Assembly: GCA_965284645.1 (NCBI GenBank)
Contig: OZ260106.1
Span: forward strand, 144,265-208,264
Reading direction: 5' to 3'
Length of the DNA: 64,000 bases
Source of the DNA: an uncultured Bacteroidia bacterium
GTDB taxonomy: Bacteria; Bacteroidota; Bacteroidia; JAIBAJ01
This document shows positions 29,441 through 39,337 of the stretch, piece after piece; position 1 is the first letter of the stretch, and each line of letters begins with the position of its first letter. A program made the position numbers and the translations under genes. The notes below the pieces were generated by a model that saw nothing but the letters and a program-made list of their open reading frames with translations, did no database searches and had not been told where the DNA came from.

Positions 29441-29643
29441 CATAGGTTTCCAAATATTGAAACTTTTTTGGTCGTTTAATTTACAAAACAACCTTTTAAC
29501 TCAAATTCCGCATTAGAAATGCAAGTACAAAGGCAACTAAGTAAAGTAGTTCAGATTTAAAAACCCTCCTATTGATCAATTTGAGATTAAAAAACATAGC
29601 AAACAACCAGACATGAAATACCACACTTCAATACTTCAGCTAC

Positions 29644-29848
29644 AACCGGGCACGAAGAACCCCGGGCAACGATAGAAGCGTAAAGCCCACAGGGATGCGG
29701 AGGCACGGAGCAGACCGAGGACTTGCAGCGGATAGCGTGACCCGGACGCTGCTGGCACAAAACTAAGCTTTACAGGTAGAACTTAAGGCAGCGGAAGGGG
29801 GCCCGCATGAAGAAATTAAAAATGATAAATTAAGAATTAAAAATTGAA
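29644..29848 (-). repeat. Family-1 intergenic repeat, copy 4 (reverse, subfamily alpha)
   Basis: aaccgggcacgaagaaccccgggcaacgatagaagcgtaaagcccacagggatgcggaggcacggagcagaccgaggacttgcagcggatagcgtgacccgg, then gcggaagggggcccgcatgaagaaattaaaaatgataaattaagaattaaaaa. The ends match the reverse complement of copy 3. Confidence 0.85.
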
Positions 29849-29886
29849 TAGGCAATTGTTTGATTAAAGTGTAGGCACAATTTGGA

Positions 29887-31791
29887 CTATTTCACAATAA
29901 AAATCGGTATGGAAACGGCGTGTCGAACGGCATCTAGGGTTGTACCCAACAGAATATCTTTAAGCATGCGGTGGCCGTGAACTCCCATCACCAATAAATC
30001 GGCCTTAAACTCGCTGACCAACACCGGAATGCGCTCTTTGGGACTGCCATATCCGAGCACATAACTGGCTTTGTAACCGCTTACACTTAGTTCGGCGATA
30101 TACTCCTGAATATAGGATGTATCGGTTTGGGTTTCCTTGTCGTGGATATGGTCGCCATACATGCGGGCTCCAGCAGTTTCAACAATGTGGATAAGCCTGT
30201 ATTCGGCCGATTTGCCCCCTTGCCGCACAGCCTCCTTAATGGCTAATACATCCTTATCGGAAAAGTCGATGGTGATGGCAATGCGACCATACTGCTCGGG
30301 ATGGGTTAAATCAATCTGTTTTAACGCACCATGGGGCGAACCATAAGACTTGGGCTTATACGATTTGAGCAGGGGTTTGACAGCAATGTAAACCAACAAG
30401 CCAAAGGCCAATACTGCGGCTGGAACGGCAGTAAGGTAAATCAAGGCCGGGGAAGTGGAATCGGCTATCCAGGTCTCGATTTGATCCACGACCAATCGCA
30501 TATTCAATCCAACTATAACCAAAGCGATAATCCAAGCCACTACCGCCAAGGGTTTTGAAATAGCGAATTTGCCCATTTTGAGCTTGCTCGATGTGAAATG
30601 GATGAGGGGAACAATGGCAAAACCAAGCTGCAAACTAAGCAAAACCTGACTGAAAACCAGCAATTTACCTACCGAACCTTCACCAACCAACACAATGGTA
30701 GCTACGGCAGGCACTATGGCTACCAGTCGGGTAATCAATCGCCTTAGCCAAGGTTGCATGCGTAAGTTCAGGTAACCTTCCATGACAATTTGACCCGATA
30801 AAGTTCCGGTAAGGGTGGAACTTTGTCCGGCGCAAAGCAAGGCGGTGGCAAAAAGTATAGGCGCCCATTTGGTGCCCAACAAAGGTTGGAGCAATTGGTG
30901 CGCATCTTCGATATCGCCAATGGTTGTCATTCCTGCTTTGTAAAACGTGGAAGCAGCCAAAACAAGAATGGCTGAATTGACAAAAAAGGCTAGGTTGAGA
31001 GCAATGGCCGAATCGATGAAATTGAATTTGATGGCTTCCCAAATGCCTTGGTCGGAACGGCGGAACTTACGGGTTTGCACCAAGGCCGAATGCAGGTATA
31101 GATTATGGGGCATAACCGTGGCACCGATGATTCCAATGGCTAGGTAAAGAGCTGTTTCATTGGGGATGGAAGGGATTAGACCTTTGGCCATTTCGACCGG
31201 ATCGGGTTGGGCAAAAAACATTTCCACCAAAAAAGACAATCCGATGATGGCCACCAATCCGATGATAAAAGCTTCCATCTTACGCATGCCAAAGCGTTGC
31301 AGAAAAAGCAGCAGGAAGGTATCGAAGAGGGTAATCAAAACCCCATACAGCAAAGGAACCCCGAAAAGCAGTTTAAGTCCGATGGCCATACCAATTACCT
31401 CGGCTAGGTCGGTGGCTGCGATAGCAATTTCGGCCAAAAGCCATAGAAAAAAGTTTACCACTTTGGGATAGCTCATGCGGGAAGCTTGGGCCAAATCGAG
31501 TCCTGAAACAATGCCTAAACGAGCTGCCAAACTTTGGAGCACCAAGGCCATGAGGTTGCTCATGAGTAGCACCCAAAGCAAGGTGTAACCGAAAGCGCTA
31601 CCGCCGGCTATATCGGTGGCCCAATTGCCCGGATCCATGTAGCCTACGCTGACGAGGTAGGCCGGACCGAGGAATGAAAGCAAGCGTTTCCAAACCGACT
31701 TGGATTGGGTGGTATCGACACTGGCATTTACATCTTCCAAAGAAGGCGTAAGCCCGGTATTGGCTTGGTGTGTACTCATTTTTTCTTGCAT
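29887..31791 (-). CDS. mntH: Nramp-family divalent metal (Mn2+/Fe2+) transporter fused to a C-terminal universal stress protein (UspA) domain
   Basis: GYMDPGNWATD and MPHNLYLHS Nramp motifs over about 11 TMs. The last 150 aa or so (RIAITIDFSDKD...LLVMGVHGHRMLKDILLGTTLDAVRHAVSIPIFIV) are Usp-like. An alternative ATG at 31779 forms an ATGA overlap with the mntR stop. Confidence 0.9.
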   Translation of the reverse strand: MQEKMSTHQANTGLTPSLEDVNASVDTTQSKSVWKRLLSFLGPAYLVSVGYMDPGNWATDIAGGSAFGYTLLWVLLMSNLMALVLQSLAARLGIVSGLDLAQASRMSYPKVVNFFLWLLAEIAIAATDLAEVIGMAIGLKLLFGVPLLYGVLITLFDTFLLLFLQRFGMRKMEAFIIGLVAIIGLSFLVEMFFAQPDPVEMAKGLIPSIPNETALYLAIGIIGATVMPHNLYLHSALVQTRKFRRSDQGIWEAIKFNFIDSAIALNLAFFVNSAILVLAASTFYKAGMTTIGDIEDAHQLLQPLLGTKWAPILFATALLCAGQSSTLTGTLSGQIVMEGYLNLRMQPWLRRLITRLVAIVPAVATIVLVGEGSVGKLLVFSQVLLSLQLGFAIVPLIHFTSSKLKMGKFAISKPLAVVAWIIALVIVGLNMRLVVDQIETWIADSTSPALIYLTAVPAAVLAFGLLVYIAVKPLLKSYKPKSYGSPHGALKQIDLTHPEQYGRIAITIDFSDKDVLAIKEAVRQGGKSAEYRLIHIVETAGARMYGDHIHDKETQTDTSYIQEYIAELSVSGYKASYVLGYGSPKERIPVLVSEFKADLLVMGVHGHRMLKDILLGTTLDAVRHAVSIPIFIVK

Positions 31792-32438
31792 AAAAGGTTA
31801 GTGGCTACCCTAAAACTCAGGGTAACCGGTGTTTTTTGTTGGCCAACTTTCACCAAGCAGCTTTTGTCGTATGCTTCAATGGATAGCAAGGTGAGGGATT
31901 GACCTAATTTGAGTCCGAGTTTATCGACATAAGCCAAAAAACTGGGACTGTGGTCAGATATTCCTGCAAAAAGAATGGTATGGCCCAGGTTGGCTTCCGA
32001 CAAAGGAAAAGGGTTGAATTCCGGCATTTTTCCGGATTGGTCGGGTATTGGGTCGCCATGGGGATCGAATTGAGGAAACTGCAGGAACTGGTCGAGTTTT
32101 TCGGTAAGAAAATCCGATTGCACATGCTCCAATTGTTCGGCTATATCGTGTACTTCGTGCCAGCCCATTCCCAATTTATCGACCAAGAATACTTCCCACA
32201 AGCGGTGTTTGCGAACCACTTTCAAGGCGGCCGAACGACCGGAATCGGTCATACTTACCCCACGGTACTTTTCGTAGGAAATGAGCTTTTTAGCCGAAAG
32301 CCTTTTGATCATATCTGTGACGGTTGGGGCTTTGTGGCCAAGAAGTTCGGCCAAGGCATTGGTACTCACCGCTCCTTGTTCGATTGATGTAGCTTTGAGG
32401 ATGGCTTTGAGGTAATTCTCTTCAGAAAGGGTATTCAA
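31776..32438 (-). CDS. mntR: DtxR/MntR-family metal-dependent transcriptional regulator with a FeoA-like C-terminal domain
   Basis: ENYLKAI...STNALAELLGHKAPTVTDMIKRLSAKKLI winged HTH, a metal-binding dimerisation region, and an SH3-like tail. TTG start. Confidence 0.85.
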   Translation of the reverse strand: MNTLSEENYLKAILKATSIEQGAVSTNALAELLGHKAPTVTDMIKRLSAKKLISYEKYRGVSMTDSGRSAALKVVRKHRLWEVFLVDKLGMGWHEVHDIAEQLEHVQSDFLTEKLDQFLQFPQFDPHGDPIPDQSGKMPEFNPFPLSEANLGHTILFAGISDHSPSFLAYVDKLGLKLGQSLTLLSIEAYDKSCLVKVGQQKTPVTLSFRVATNLLCKKK

Positions 32439-32455
32439 AACAAATTATTAGACTG

Positions 32456-32463
32456 CAAAAATA
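32456..32463 (-). promoter_or_regulatory. -7 promoter box TATTTTTG for mntR-mntH
   Basis: Exact TAnnTTTG match 17 nt upstream of the TTG start. Confidence 0.35.
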
Positions 32464-32469
32464 TATTTT

Positions 32470-32483
32470 TTAGGCCAACCTAA
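32470..32483. promoter_or_regulatory. Putative DtxR/MntR-type operator palindrome TTAGGccaaCCTAA
   Basis: Inverted TTAGG/CCTAA arms flanked by T-runs and A-runs, directly upstream of the -7 box. The arms resemble DtxR/IdeR box arms (TTAGG...CCTAA). Confidence 0.4.
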
Positions 32484-32738
32484 ATTTTAAATTTTCTACT
32501 TATTTTTATAGAAAAGGAAGAAAGTCCAATTTTTGTTAAATCCCCAACCAGCAAAACCGAACTAATTCGCTGTAAAACAGACAATTAAAACCATCATTCT
32601 TGTGGCATCCCCTGGATAATTTTTCAAATAACTTATTTATAAGAGCGAACACCTGTTTGGAGTATCCTTGTTTCGTCCTACTTTTACGCAATAAAACAAA
32701 CGGCGGTCCGGTTATGGGCTACCTAATACCAACGAACA

Positions 32739-33467
32739 ATGGCTGAAGCAATAATCCAATTGAGGGAAATAACCCGTAAATATGAAGTGGGATCAGAGAC
32801 CGTGCATGCCTTACGGGGAGTGAATTTGGATATTTATAAGAACGAGTATGTGGCCTTGATGGGACCATCGGGATCGGGCAAATCCACTTTGATGAATATG
32901 CTGGGCTGTTTAGACACCCCTACATCGGGCACTTATATTTTGAACAGCACCGATGTAAGCGTTATGACCGACAACCAATTAGCCGAAATTCGGAACAAAG
33001 AAATTGGCTTTGTATTTCAAACTTTCAACCTTCTCCCCCGCTCTACTGCTTTGGAAAATGTGGCTTTGCCCTTGGTTTACAAAGGCGTAAAAAAAGCTGA
33101 ACGTATGGTAAGGGCTACCGAAGTGCTCACCCAGGTAAACTTGGCCAATCGGATGGACCACCGACCCAACGAACTTTCTGGGGGACAGCGTCAACGGGTT
33201 GCCATTGCCAGAGCTTTGGTAAACCGGCCTTCCATTATATTGGCCGATGAGCCAACCGGGAATCTTGACTCTAAAACATCAGTTGAAATCATGGGATTGT
33301 TTGAAGAAATCCATTCCCAAGGCAACACTATCATATTAGTAACTCACGAAGAAGATATTGCCCGTCATGCGCACCGAATTGTTAGGCTTAGGGATGGATT
33401 GATTGAAAGTGATGAGCAAAATCCCAATCCCGTAACCGTTCGAGCGGCTGCAGCACCCCACGCATGA
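32739..33467 (+). CDS. ABC transporter ATP-binding protein (MacB/LolD-like)
   Basis: Walker [10 protein letters not shown], signature LSGGQRQR, Walker B ILADEPT. Confidence 0.93.
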   Translation: MAEAIIQLREITRKYEVGSETVHALRGVNLDIYKNEYVALMGPSGSGKSTLMNMLGCLDTPTSGTYILNSTDVSVMTDNQLAEIRNKEIGFVFQTFNLLPRSTALENVALPLVYKGVKKAERMVRATEVLTQVNLANRMDHRPNELSGGQRQRVAIARALVNRPSIILADEPTGNLDSKTSVEIMGLFEEIHSQGNTIILVTHEEDIARHAHRIVRLRDGLIESDEQNPNPVTVRAAAAPHA

Positions 33468-34618
33468 ATATCTACACCCAACGCCTTCGATGGAAGCAGC
33501 TGATTGTTGTTTCGGCCGTATTGATTGGCTTGGGTTCGCTTTGGTACACTTCCCAATTGGTAGATAAACTTGCCAATGAAGAAAGAAAAAAGGTGCAGTT
33601 GTGGGCCAAAGCCACAGAAACATTGGCCTCTGCGGCCGATCCGAATATGGATTTGAGTTTTATTTTCGATGTAATCAAGGATAACCAAACCATTCCGGTA
33701 ATCCTTACCACCGAAACAGATAGCATTATTACTTCCCGCAACCTTGATTCTACTAAGATAGAAGACCAATCTTACCTGAAGGTCAAACTGGCGGAAATGA
33801 AAAAAAATGCTGCGCCAATCGAGGTAAAGTTGATTACAGGAAAGAATCTGATTTATTACTCCCATTCCAACTTATTGAAACAACTTCAGATTTTTCCATT
33901 TGTTCAATTGGGAGTTATTGGTTTGTTCATCTTTGTTTCGTATTTAGCCTTTAGTTCGAGTCGAAGAGCCGAGCAAGACCAAGTGTGGGTAGGTATGAGC
34001 AAGGAAACGGCACACCAATTAGGCACACCTTTATCCAGCTTAATGGCTTGGGTAGACTATATGAAAATGAAGGAATTGGACGAGGAGATGATAGCCGAAT
34101 TAGAAAAAGACGTAAACCGTTTGAATATTATCACCGAGCGTTTTTCCAAAATTGGTTCATCGCCCGAATTGACTGTTCAAAATGTGTACACAGTAGTAGA
34201 AGAAAGTGCCGATTATATGCGGGCCCGATCGCCGAGAAAGGTGAATATTCATTTCAGCGAAAACACCCAAAAGGAAATCCTTGTGCCATTGAATGCCCCA
34301 TTGTTTGCCTGGGTGGTAGAAAACCTATTCAGGAATGCAGTAGATGCTATGGAAGGAGCAGGACAAATCATAATTAGCATTATGGATCAAGGGAAGCATG
34401 TGGTTATTGATGTCGAAGATACAGGAAAGGGAATTCCACGTTCCAAGCTTAAAACCGTATTTCAGCCGGGATTTACCACTAAAAAGCGAGGCTGGGGTTT
34501 AGGCTTATCTTTATCGAAACGCATCATAGAAATTTACCATGGTGGCAAAATTTTCGTGAAGGAATCGGTGCCCAATAAGGGAACGACCTTTCGGATTGTG
34601 TTGAATAAAGAGGTTTAG
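33464..34618 (+). CDS. Sensor histidine kinase
   Basis: Two TMs, H-box [14 protein letters not shown]-box FRNAVDA, and G-boxes DTGKGI and [12 protein letters not shown] overlap with the ABC gene. Confidence 0.9.
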   Translation: MNIYTQRLRWKQLIVVSAVLIGLGSLWYTSQLVDKLANEERKKVQLWAKATETLASAADPNMDLSFIFDVIKDNQTIPVILTTETDSIITSRNLDSTKIEDQSYLKVKLAEMKKNAAPIEVKLITGKNLIYYSHSNLLKQLQIFPFVQLGVIGLFIFVSYLAFSSSRRAEQDQVWVGMSKETAHQLGTPLSSLMAWVDYMKMKELDEEMIAELEKDVNRLNIITERFSKIGSSPELTVQNVYTVVEESADYMRARSPRKVNIHFSENTQKEILVPLNAPLFAWVVENLFRNAVDAMEGAGQIIISIMDQGKHVVIDVEDTGKGIPRSKLKTVFQPGFTTKKRGWGLGLSLSKRIIEIYHGGKIFVKESVPNKGTTFRIVLNKEV

Positions 34619-34649
34619 GGGATTAGGAATTTCGCCTCCAAAAAAACCT

Positions 34650-35675
34650 CTAATCCTTCAAGCAACGCACCGTTCCGCCGGTCCTTTTATCTTCATAGCT
34701 GCGCACCACCGAGGAATTTTCGCTGTAAACATTCCGGCCATACCCATTTAAACCATCGGCTGCCGTGGAACTCCATAAAAAATTCTGCTCACCAAAACCC
34801 AAGAAATGGCCATTGCTTTGTCGGATCCCCGCAGGTAAGGCTGAGAAATTGATTTCGTCTGTTGCTCCGGTATTGGGGTAAACCCAGCTTGTTGTTCCTT
34901 CTTGTTTTAGTTTCCCTCCAGCGGTTCCACTTTGCACACCCATGGCGGTAGATGTTGACAAGGAATCAACATAATGAACCAAAATCGACCAATCCGCATC
35001 ACTTGGCACATGCCATCCTGTAGGACAAACATGGCGAGCATCTGCAACCGTATACCAATTGTATAGTTTGCCATAAGGATTATCGAAAGTGGCCGAATTT
35101 GAAACCGAAACCCAGGCTGGGCTGGCAATCGAAAACCATTGCACACTATCTTGTATTTGGGTTATAGGATCCCCGTTCGAAAACTTGGTAGTTCGCAGGT
35201 TTTCTCCCATCCATTCTTGTCCATTCCCCAAAACTAAGCTGGAGTAAGTATTACCATCTGAATCATTGAGTCCATTACCGGCTGAAGAAACCAGTCCGTC
35301 TAAGGTTGTAAAACTTTCCTGGTTGCCATAACTGATTCCTGAACCGTTTACCGCATAGGCCCGCACATAATAAACAGTCTTGGGAAGCAATCCGGAAATA
35401 GTTCCAGAGAAATTGCTCATCCCGCTGCCCATTGCAACAAAGTCATTTTCTTTGGTGGGATTCGGATTCAAAGACCAGCATATTCCCTTTTCCGAAATGG
35501 TGCTACCTGGACTTGATGTGATTTTACCCCCGCAAACGGCTGATTTACTAGTAATATAACTTACCGCATTCGTGCTTACCTCTGCCACGGATAAGCGGTC
35601 GCCATCGGTGCAGGCAGGCAACATCAATACAAAAAGAAAAACAGGCAAAAGGAGGAAAATGGAAGGACTTTTCAT
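34650..35675 (-). CDS. Lipoprotein with a FISUMP (Fibrobacter succinogenes major paralogous, TIGR02145-like) domain
   Basis: Lipobox MKSPSIFLLLPVFLFVLMLPAC (ATG at 35675, not 35762). DGNTYSSLVLGNGQEWMGENL, CPTGWHVPSDADW, FSALPAG, FWSS and a VRCLKD end. Confidence 0.8.
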   Translation of the reverse strand: MKSPSIFLLLPVFLFVLMLPACTDGDRLSVAEVSTNAVSYITSKSAVCGGKITSSPGSTISEKGICWSLNPNPTKENDFVAMGSGMSNFSGTISGLLPKTVYYVRAYAVNGSGISYGNQESFTTLDGLVSSAGNGLNDSDGNTYSSLVLGNGQEWMGENLRTTKFSNGDPITQIQDSVQWFSIASPAWVSVSNSATFDNPYGKLYNWYTVADARHVCPTGWHVPSDADWSILVHYVDSLSTSTAMGVQSGTAGGKLKQEGTTSWVYPNTGATDEINFSALPAGIRQSNGHFLGFGEQNFLWSSTAADGLNGYGRNVYSENSSVVRSYEDKRTGGTVRCLKD

Positions 35676-35779
35676 ATGCAGTAAGTGAGGTAGTAAAGAT
35701 AAAGGATATAAAAATGTCAGCAAACAATCATTGAGACTAAGGATTTCTTCCAAATTTCCCAAGCCTCAGGTTTCCAAAA

Positions 35780-36439
35780 TCACTTTCGAAACAAAGCACT
35801 TCCAACTCTTACCATGGTACTACCCTTTTGAATAGCCAACAAATAATCCCCGCTCATACCCATACTTAATTCCTTAAAGCTGGCTTCCTTCTCAAAATAG
35901 CCCTTTTTCAAAGTTTGGAAAAACCGGGATAAGGTTTCAAACTCCTTGGCTACTTGCTCTTGGTTTTCAGTATTGGAAGCCATTCCCATAATCCCAACCA
36001 CTTTTACATATTCCATGGATTTGTATTCATTAGATTCCAATAAATGCTTGGCTTCGTCCCAATCTAGTCCAAACTTGGTTTCCTCCGCTGCTACGTGAAA
36101 TTGTAGCAAACAGGGAATAATCCGGTTGTTTTTTCGCCCTTCTTTATCGATGGTCTGCAACAGTTTCAGACTATCCACTGAATGAATTAACTGAACAAAC
36201 GGAGCAATGTATTTTACCTTATTGCTTTGCAAATGTCCGATTAGATGCCATTGAATATCCTTTGGCAACACTTCATACTTTTCCACCAAGTCTTGCACCC
36301 TGTTTTCCCCAAATACTCGGTACCCGGCCTGGTATAATTCCTGAAGCTCTTCCAAGGGTCGATTTTTGGTAACAGCTATCAAAGTTGCCTTGTCCTCGAT
36401 AACACTTAAAATATGTTTTAAATTATCCGCTATGGCCAT
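35780..36439 (-). CDS. yggS: YggS-family pyridoxal-phosphate-binding protein
   Basis: 219 aa. LIAVTKNRP (PLP lysine) and HLIGHLQSNK motifs. Confidence 0.9.
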   Translation of the reverse strand: MAIADNLKHILSVIEDKATLIAVTKNRPLEELQELYQAGYRVFGENRVQDLVEKYEVLPKDIQWHLIGHLQSNKVKYIAPFVQLIHSVDSLKLLQTIDKEGRKNNRIIPCLLQFHVAAEETKFGLDWDEAKHLLESNEYKSMEYVKVVGIMGMASNTENQEQVAKEFETLSRFFQTLKKGYFEKEASFKELSMGMSGDYLLAIQKGSTMVRVGSALFRK

Positions 36440-36819
36440 TATTCGGTCTTTTCTTTAGTGAATAACAAGTGTAAATAGTAGTAGGAAATTATCGAAATCC
36501 CGATTATAAAGAAAACCAAGGCATAATTCCGCAATCCATCATTAAAGAAAAACTCTCCAATCATCCAAATAGAATTGGCACAAATCCAGCAAACCACCGC
36601 TAGATTGTGGAACTTTTCGGATCGCTCCTGCCACTGTTTGTAGGTAATAAAAATGGCAAATAGCACGGTCGGAACCACCATTATCACACCAAGGGTTTCG
36701 GAAAGCATACACCAACATAAACCCTTGATTAGCCAAAGAAAGACGTGTGCATTTTCAAATTTTCGAAGGGGAAAGGTGTTTTCCATTGGCCTGCCTGCTT
36801 GGTTTAAATTCTTATCCAT
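36439..36819 (-). CDS. Small integral membrane protein, unknown function
   Basis: 3-4 predicted TMs. Tightly packed in the operon (TAATG overlap with yggS). An alternative start exists at 36786. Confidence 0.55.
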   Translation of the reverse strand: MDKNLNQAGRPMENTFPLRKFENAHVFLWLIKGLCWCMLSETLGVIMVVPTVLFAIFITYKQWQERSEKFHNLAVVCWICANSIWMIGEFFFNDGLRNYALVFFIIGISIISYYYLHLLFTKEKTE

Positions 36820-37612
36820 TATTCATGAAACGGGCAATAGCCTTGCTCAAATCATGGTGGATCTTCCCATTGCTTGCATTAATTTCCTTACCATACAAAT
36901 AATCGGCACCTCCTTTAAAATCGCTGATTTCTCCACCGGCTTCCTGAATAAGGATAATACCGGCGGCCACATCCCAAGGAGCCAGTCCATATTCGTAAAA
37001 GGCATCAAACCTGCCACAGGCTACATAAGCCATATCGGTTGCAGCTGAGCCCAAACGACGGATTCCACGGGTATTGTTGAGCAAATATTTCATCAAATCC
37101 ATGTAGGCATCCAAACGACCATAATTTTTATACGGAAATCCGGTGGCTAAGAAACTTTCATCCATTTTGGCCATGTCCGACACGCGAATGGGTTTACCGT
37201 TCAACCAAGCACCCAAGCCCTTTCCGGCATAAAAACACTCGGCCAAATTGATTTCATAAATAATTCCTAACACAGGCACATCCTTATCCACCAAGGCTAA
37301 GCTAATAGCAAAGCAGGGCAAACCATGAATAAAGTTGGTTGTCCCGTCCAAGGGATCAATGATCCAATTGTAACGCTCGCCTTTCCAGCTTTCGGTATTT
37401 TCCTCGGCGATAAAACCGGCTTCGGGCAATAGCTTTCTTAGCCCATCCACTAGTTTCTGCTCCGAGGTTTTATCTACATAACTTACATAGTCATGCAAAC
37501 CCTTTGTTTCCGTTTTGGACCTGTCGAAAACAGCTGATTCCTGACGGATGTAGGCACCAACTTCCAGCACCAATTGGCGCGAAGCTTCTAATAATTCCTT
37601 TAAATTTTCCAT
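36812..37612 (-). CDS. Inositol monophosphatase family protein (SuhB-like)
   Basis: WIIDPLDGTTNF and GSAATDMAYVACGRFD motifs. Confidence 0.9.
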   Translation of the reverse strand: MENLKELLEASRQLVLEVGAYIRQESAVFDRSKTETKGLHDYVSYVDKTSEQKLVDGLRKLLPEAGFIAEENTESWKGERYNWIIDPLDGTTNFIHGLPCFAISLALVDKDVPVLGIIYEINLAECFYAGKGLGAWLNGKPIRVSDMAKMDESFLATGFPYKNYGRLDAYMDLMKYLLNNTRGIRRLGSAATDMAYVACGRFDAFYEYGLAPWDVAAGIILIQEAGGEISDFKGGADYLYGKEINASNGKIHHDLSKAIARFMNNG

Positions 37613-39334
37613 TTAGTTCTTAATCCAAAATTCGCCCTTCCATTCGGCTTTGTTTTTACAAAAATCCCATACTTCCAACTTGGCAGCATACTTGCCCGGT
37701 GCCAATTTTTCCCCTTTGATATTCTTAACCTTACCAAACAATCGGGCAGTCTTGGCATCAAATTCAGCTAAAACCCATTGTCCGTTTACCTCCAACCTGA
37801 AATGGGAGATGCCACTAAAATCATCACCAATTTTGAAAAGGAATTCGCTTTCTTGGGTCATTCCGCCTTTGGTATAGAGTGTAATGGGAGTAATCCTAGG
37901 TTTTATGGTATCGGCCATCACACAGAAACTGCCGAAATGCTTCACTTTTTGGGTAATTTCATCGCCTCGCAAGGTCCCCCCTTCTGCCGACCATTTACCT
38001 CCTCGGTCGCGGTAAGCCATGGTAACTTTTTCACGCAAATGATTTGGCAAATTGCCCGGAATCCGGATGGCCACACTTATAGGCTGATAAACCGGAATTT
38101 CGCTGTTCCCCAATACATATTCCGGAGTAAAACTTCCGGGCGGTTTAGGCAAACGATCCACCGTAAAATCCAAGGTATCCAACAAGGAATTATCCGGGAA
38201 GAGAATGTGCAAATCATTGTCCTTGTAAAATCCAGGTGCCGCACAAGGAATGGGCTTTCCGCCAATCAAGCGGTCGGTTGGCGTCAAACTATTGAATATA
38301 ACTTTGAACTTCACTTCCCTAAAATTCCCTTCAATATCACCAACAATAACAGAAACATGATGCAACTTTCCATCATTTTTCCATAAAAAGCCCGGCCCTT
38401 TGTCTATCCCTGAAAAATCAACACAGCCGCGGGCAAACAGCTTCTGAATGACAGACTTCCCTTTCATTTTCCCTTCATAATCGATCAAACCATTGATTTG
38501 TCTGGTTTCTTTGAATTCAAACCGATCCAGCTTCTGATGAAACACCAACTGACTATCCATAAACAAAGCTAAGGAATACACCCCATTGGCATTAGCCGAA
38601 CCACTGGCTCTATCGGTGGCTGATACCCCAACGCCTATTTTTCCGGTTACCTGAATGGGTTCAGCAATCGTTAATCCGGTTTTTGCCGAAACATAAAACG
38701 TTTTATTGCCCAATATTCCATTTACCTTTCCACCTGGATCCAACGGAAACAAGGTAATGGAGGAAACATCCGGAGGCACCTGGTCTTTTATTCTGAAACC
38801 TTCCTCCTGCGGGTTAATTATGGCTTCTGTAGCAGCATCCCTGATTTCGAAATGCAGGTGTGGACCGGCACTGCTGCCTGTATTGCCTGAAAATGCCACC
38901 AAATCACCCTTTTTCACTTTCAAACTATCCGCTGCCGGATAATACTCAATATCAAACCGTTCGATTTCGCATTGCTTTTTGAACACATATTCGGCTATGG
39001 CTCCATTAAATTCTTTCAAATGGGCATAAACACTCACTTTCCCATTCGGATGGGTTAAATAAAGGGCCTTCCCGTAACCTGCGCCCCCCACTCTCACCCG
39101 ACTTACATATCCATCTTGAACCGCATAAATTGGCAGTCCTTCCTGAGAATTGGTCCGAATATCCAATCCTGCATGGTAATGGTTGTTGCGAACCTCACCA
39201 AAATTGCCGGATAGGAGGATGGGAATATCAACCGGAAGCCGATAGTCGCCCTGTGCAAACCCGAAAAGAGGCCCAAATAAGCATACTAAGCCCAACCAAA
39301 CGCTACCAAAACATATCCAGCCTTTGTTACCCAT
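37613..39334 (-). CDS. M23-family metallopeptidase with a large C-terminal extension
   Basis: HYHAGLDIR and GNTGSSAGPHLHFEIR motifs, with a signal/TM segment at the N-terminus. Confidence 0.9.
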   Translation of the reverse strand: MGNKGWICFGSVWLGLVCLFGPLFGFAQGDYRLPVDIPILLSGNFGEVRNNHYHAGLDIRTNSQEGLPIYAVQDGYVSRVRVGGAGYGKALYLTHPNGKVSVYAHLKEFNGAIAEYVFKKQCEIERFDIEYYPAADSLKVKKGDLVAFSGNTGSSAGPHLHFEIRDAATEAIINPQEEGFRIKDQVPPDVSSITLFPLDPGGKVNGILGNKTFYVSAKTGLTIAEPIQVTGKIGVGVSATDRASGSANANGVYSLALFMDSQLVFHQKLDRFEFKETRQINGLIDYEGKMKGKSVIQKLFARGCVDFSGIDKGPGFLWKNDGKLHHVSVIVGDIEGNFREVKFKVIFNSLTPTDRLIGGKPIPCAAPGFYKDNDLHILFPDNSLLDTLDFTVDRLPKPPGSFTPEYVLGNSEIPVYQPISVAIRIPGNLPNHLREKVTMAYRDRGGKWSAEGGTLRGDEITQKVKHFGSFCVMADTIKPRITPITLYTKGGMTQESEFLFKIGDDFSGISHFRLEVNGQWVLAEFDAKTARLFGKVKNIKGEKLAPGKYAAKLEVWDFCKNKAEWKGEFWIKN

Positions 39335-39337
39335 GCT

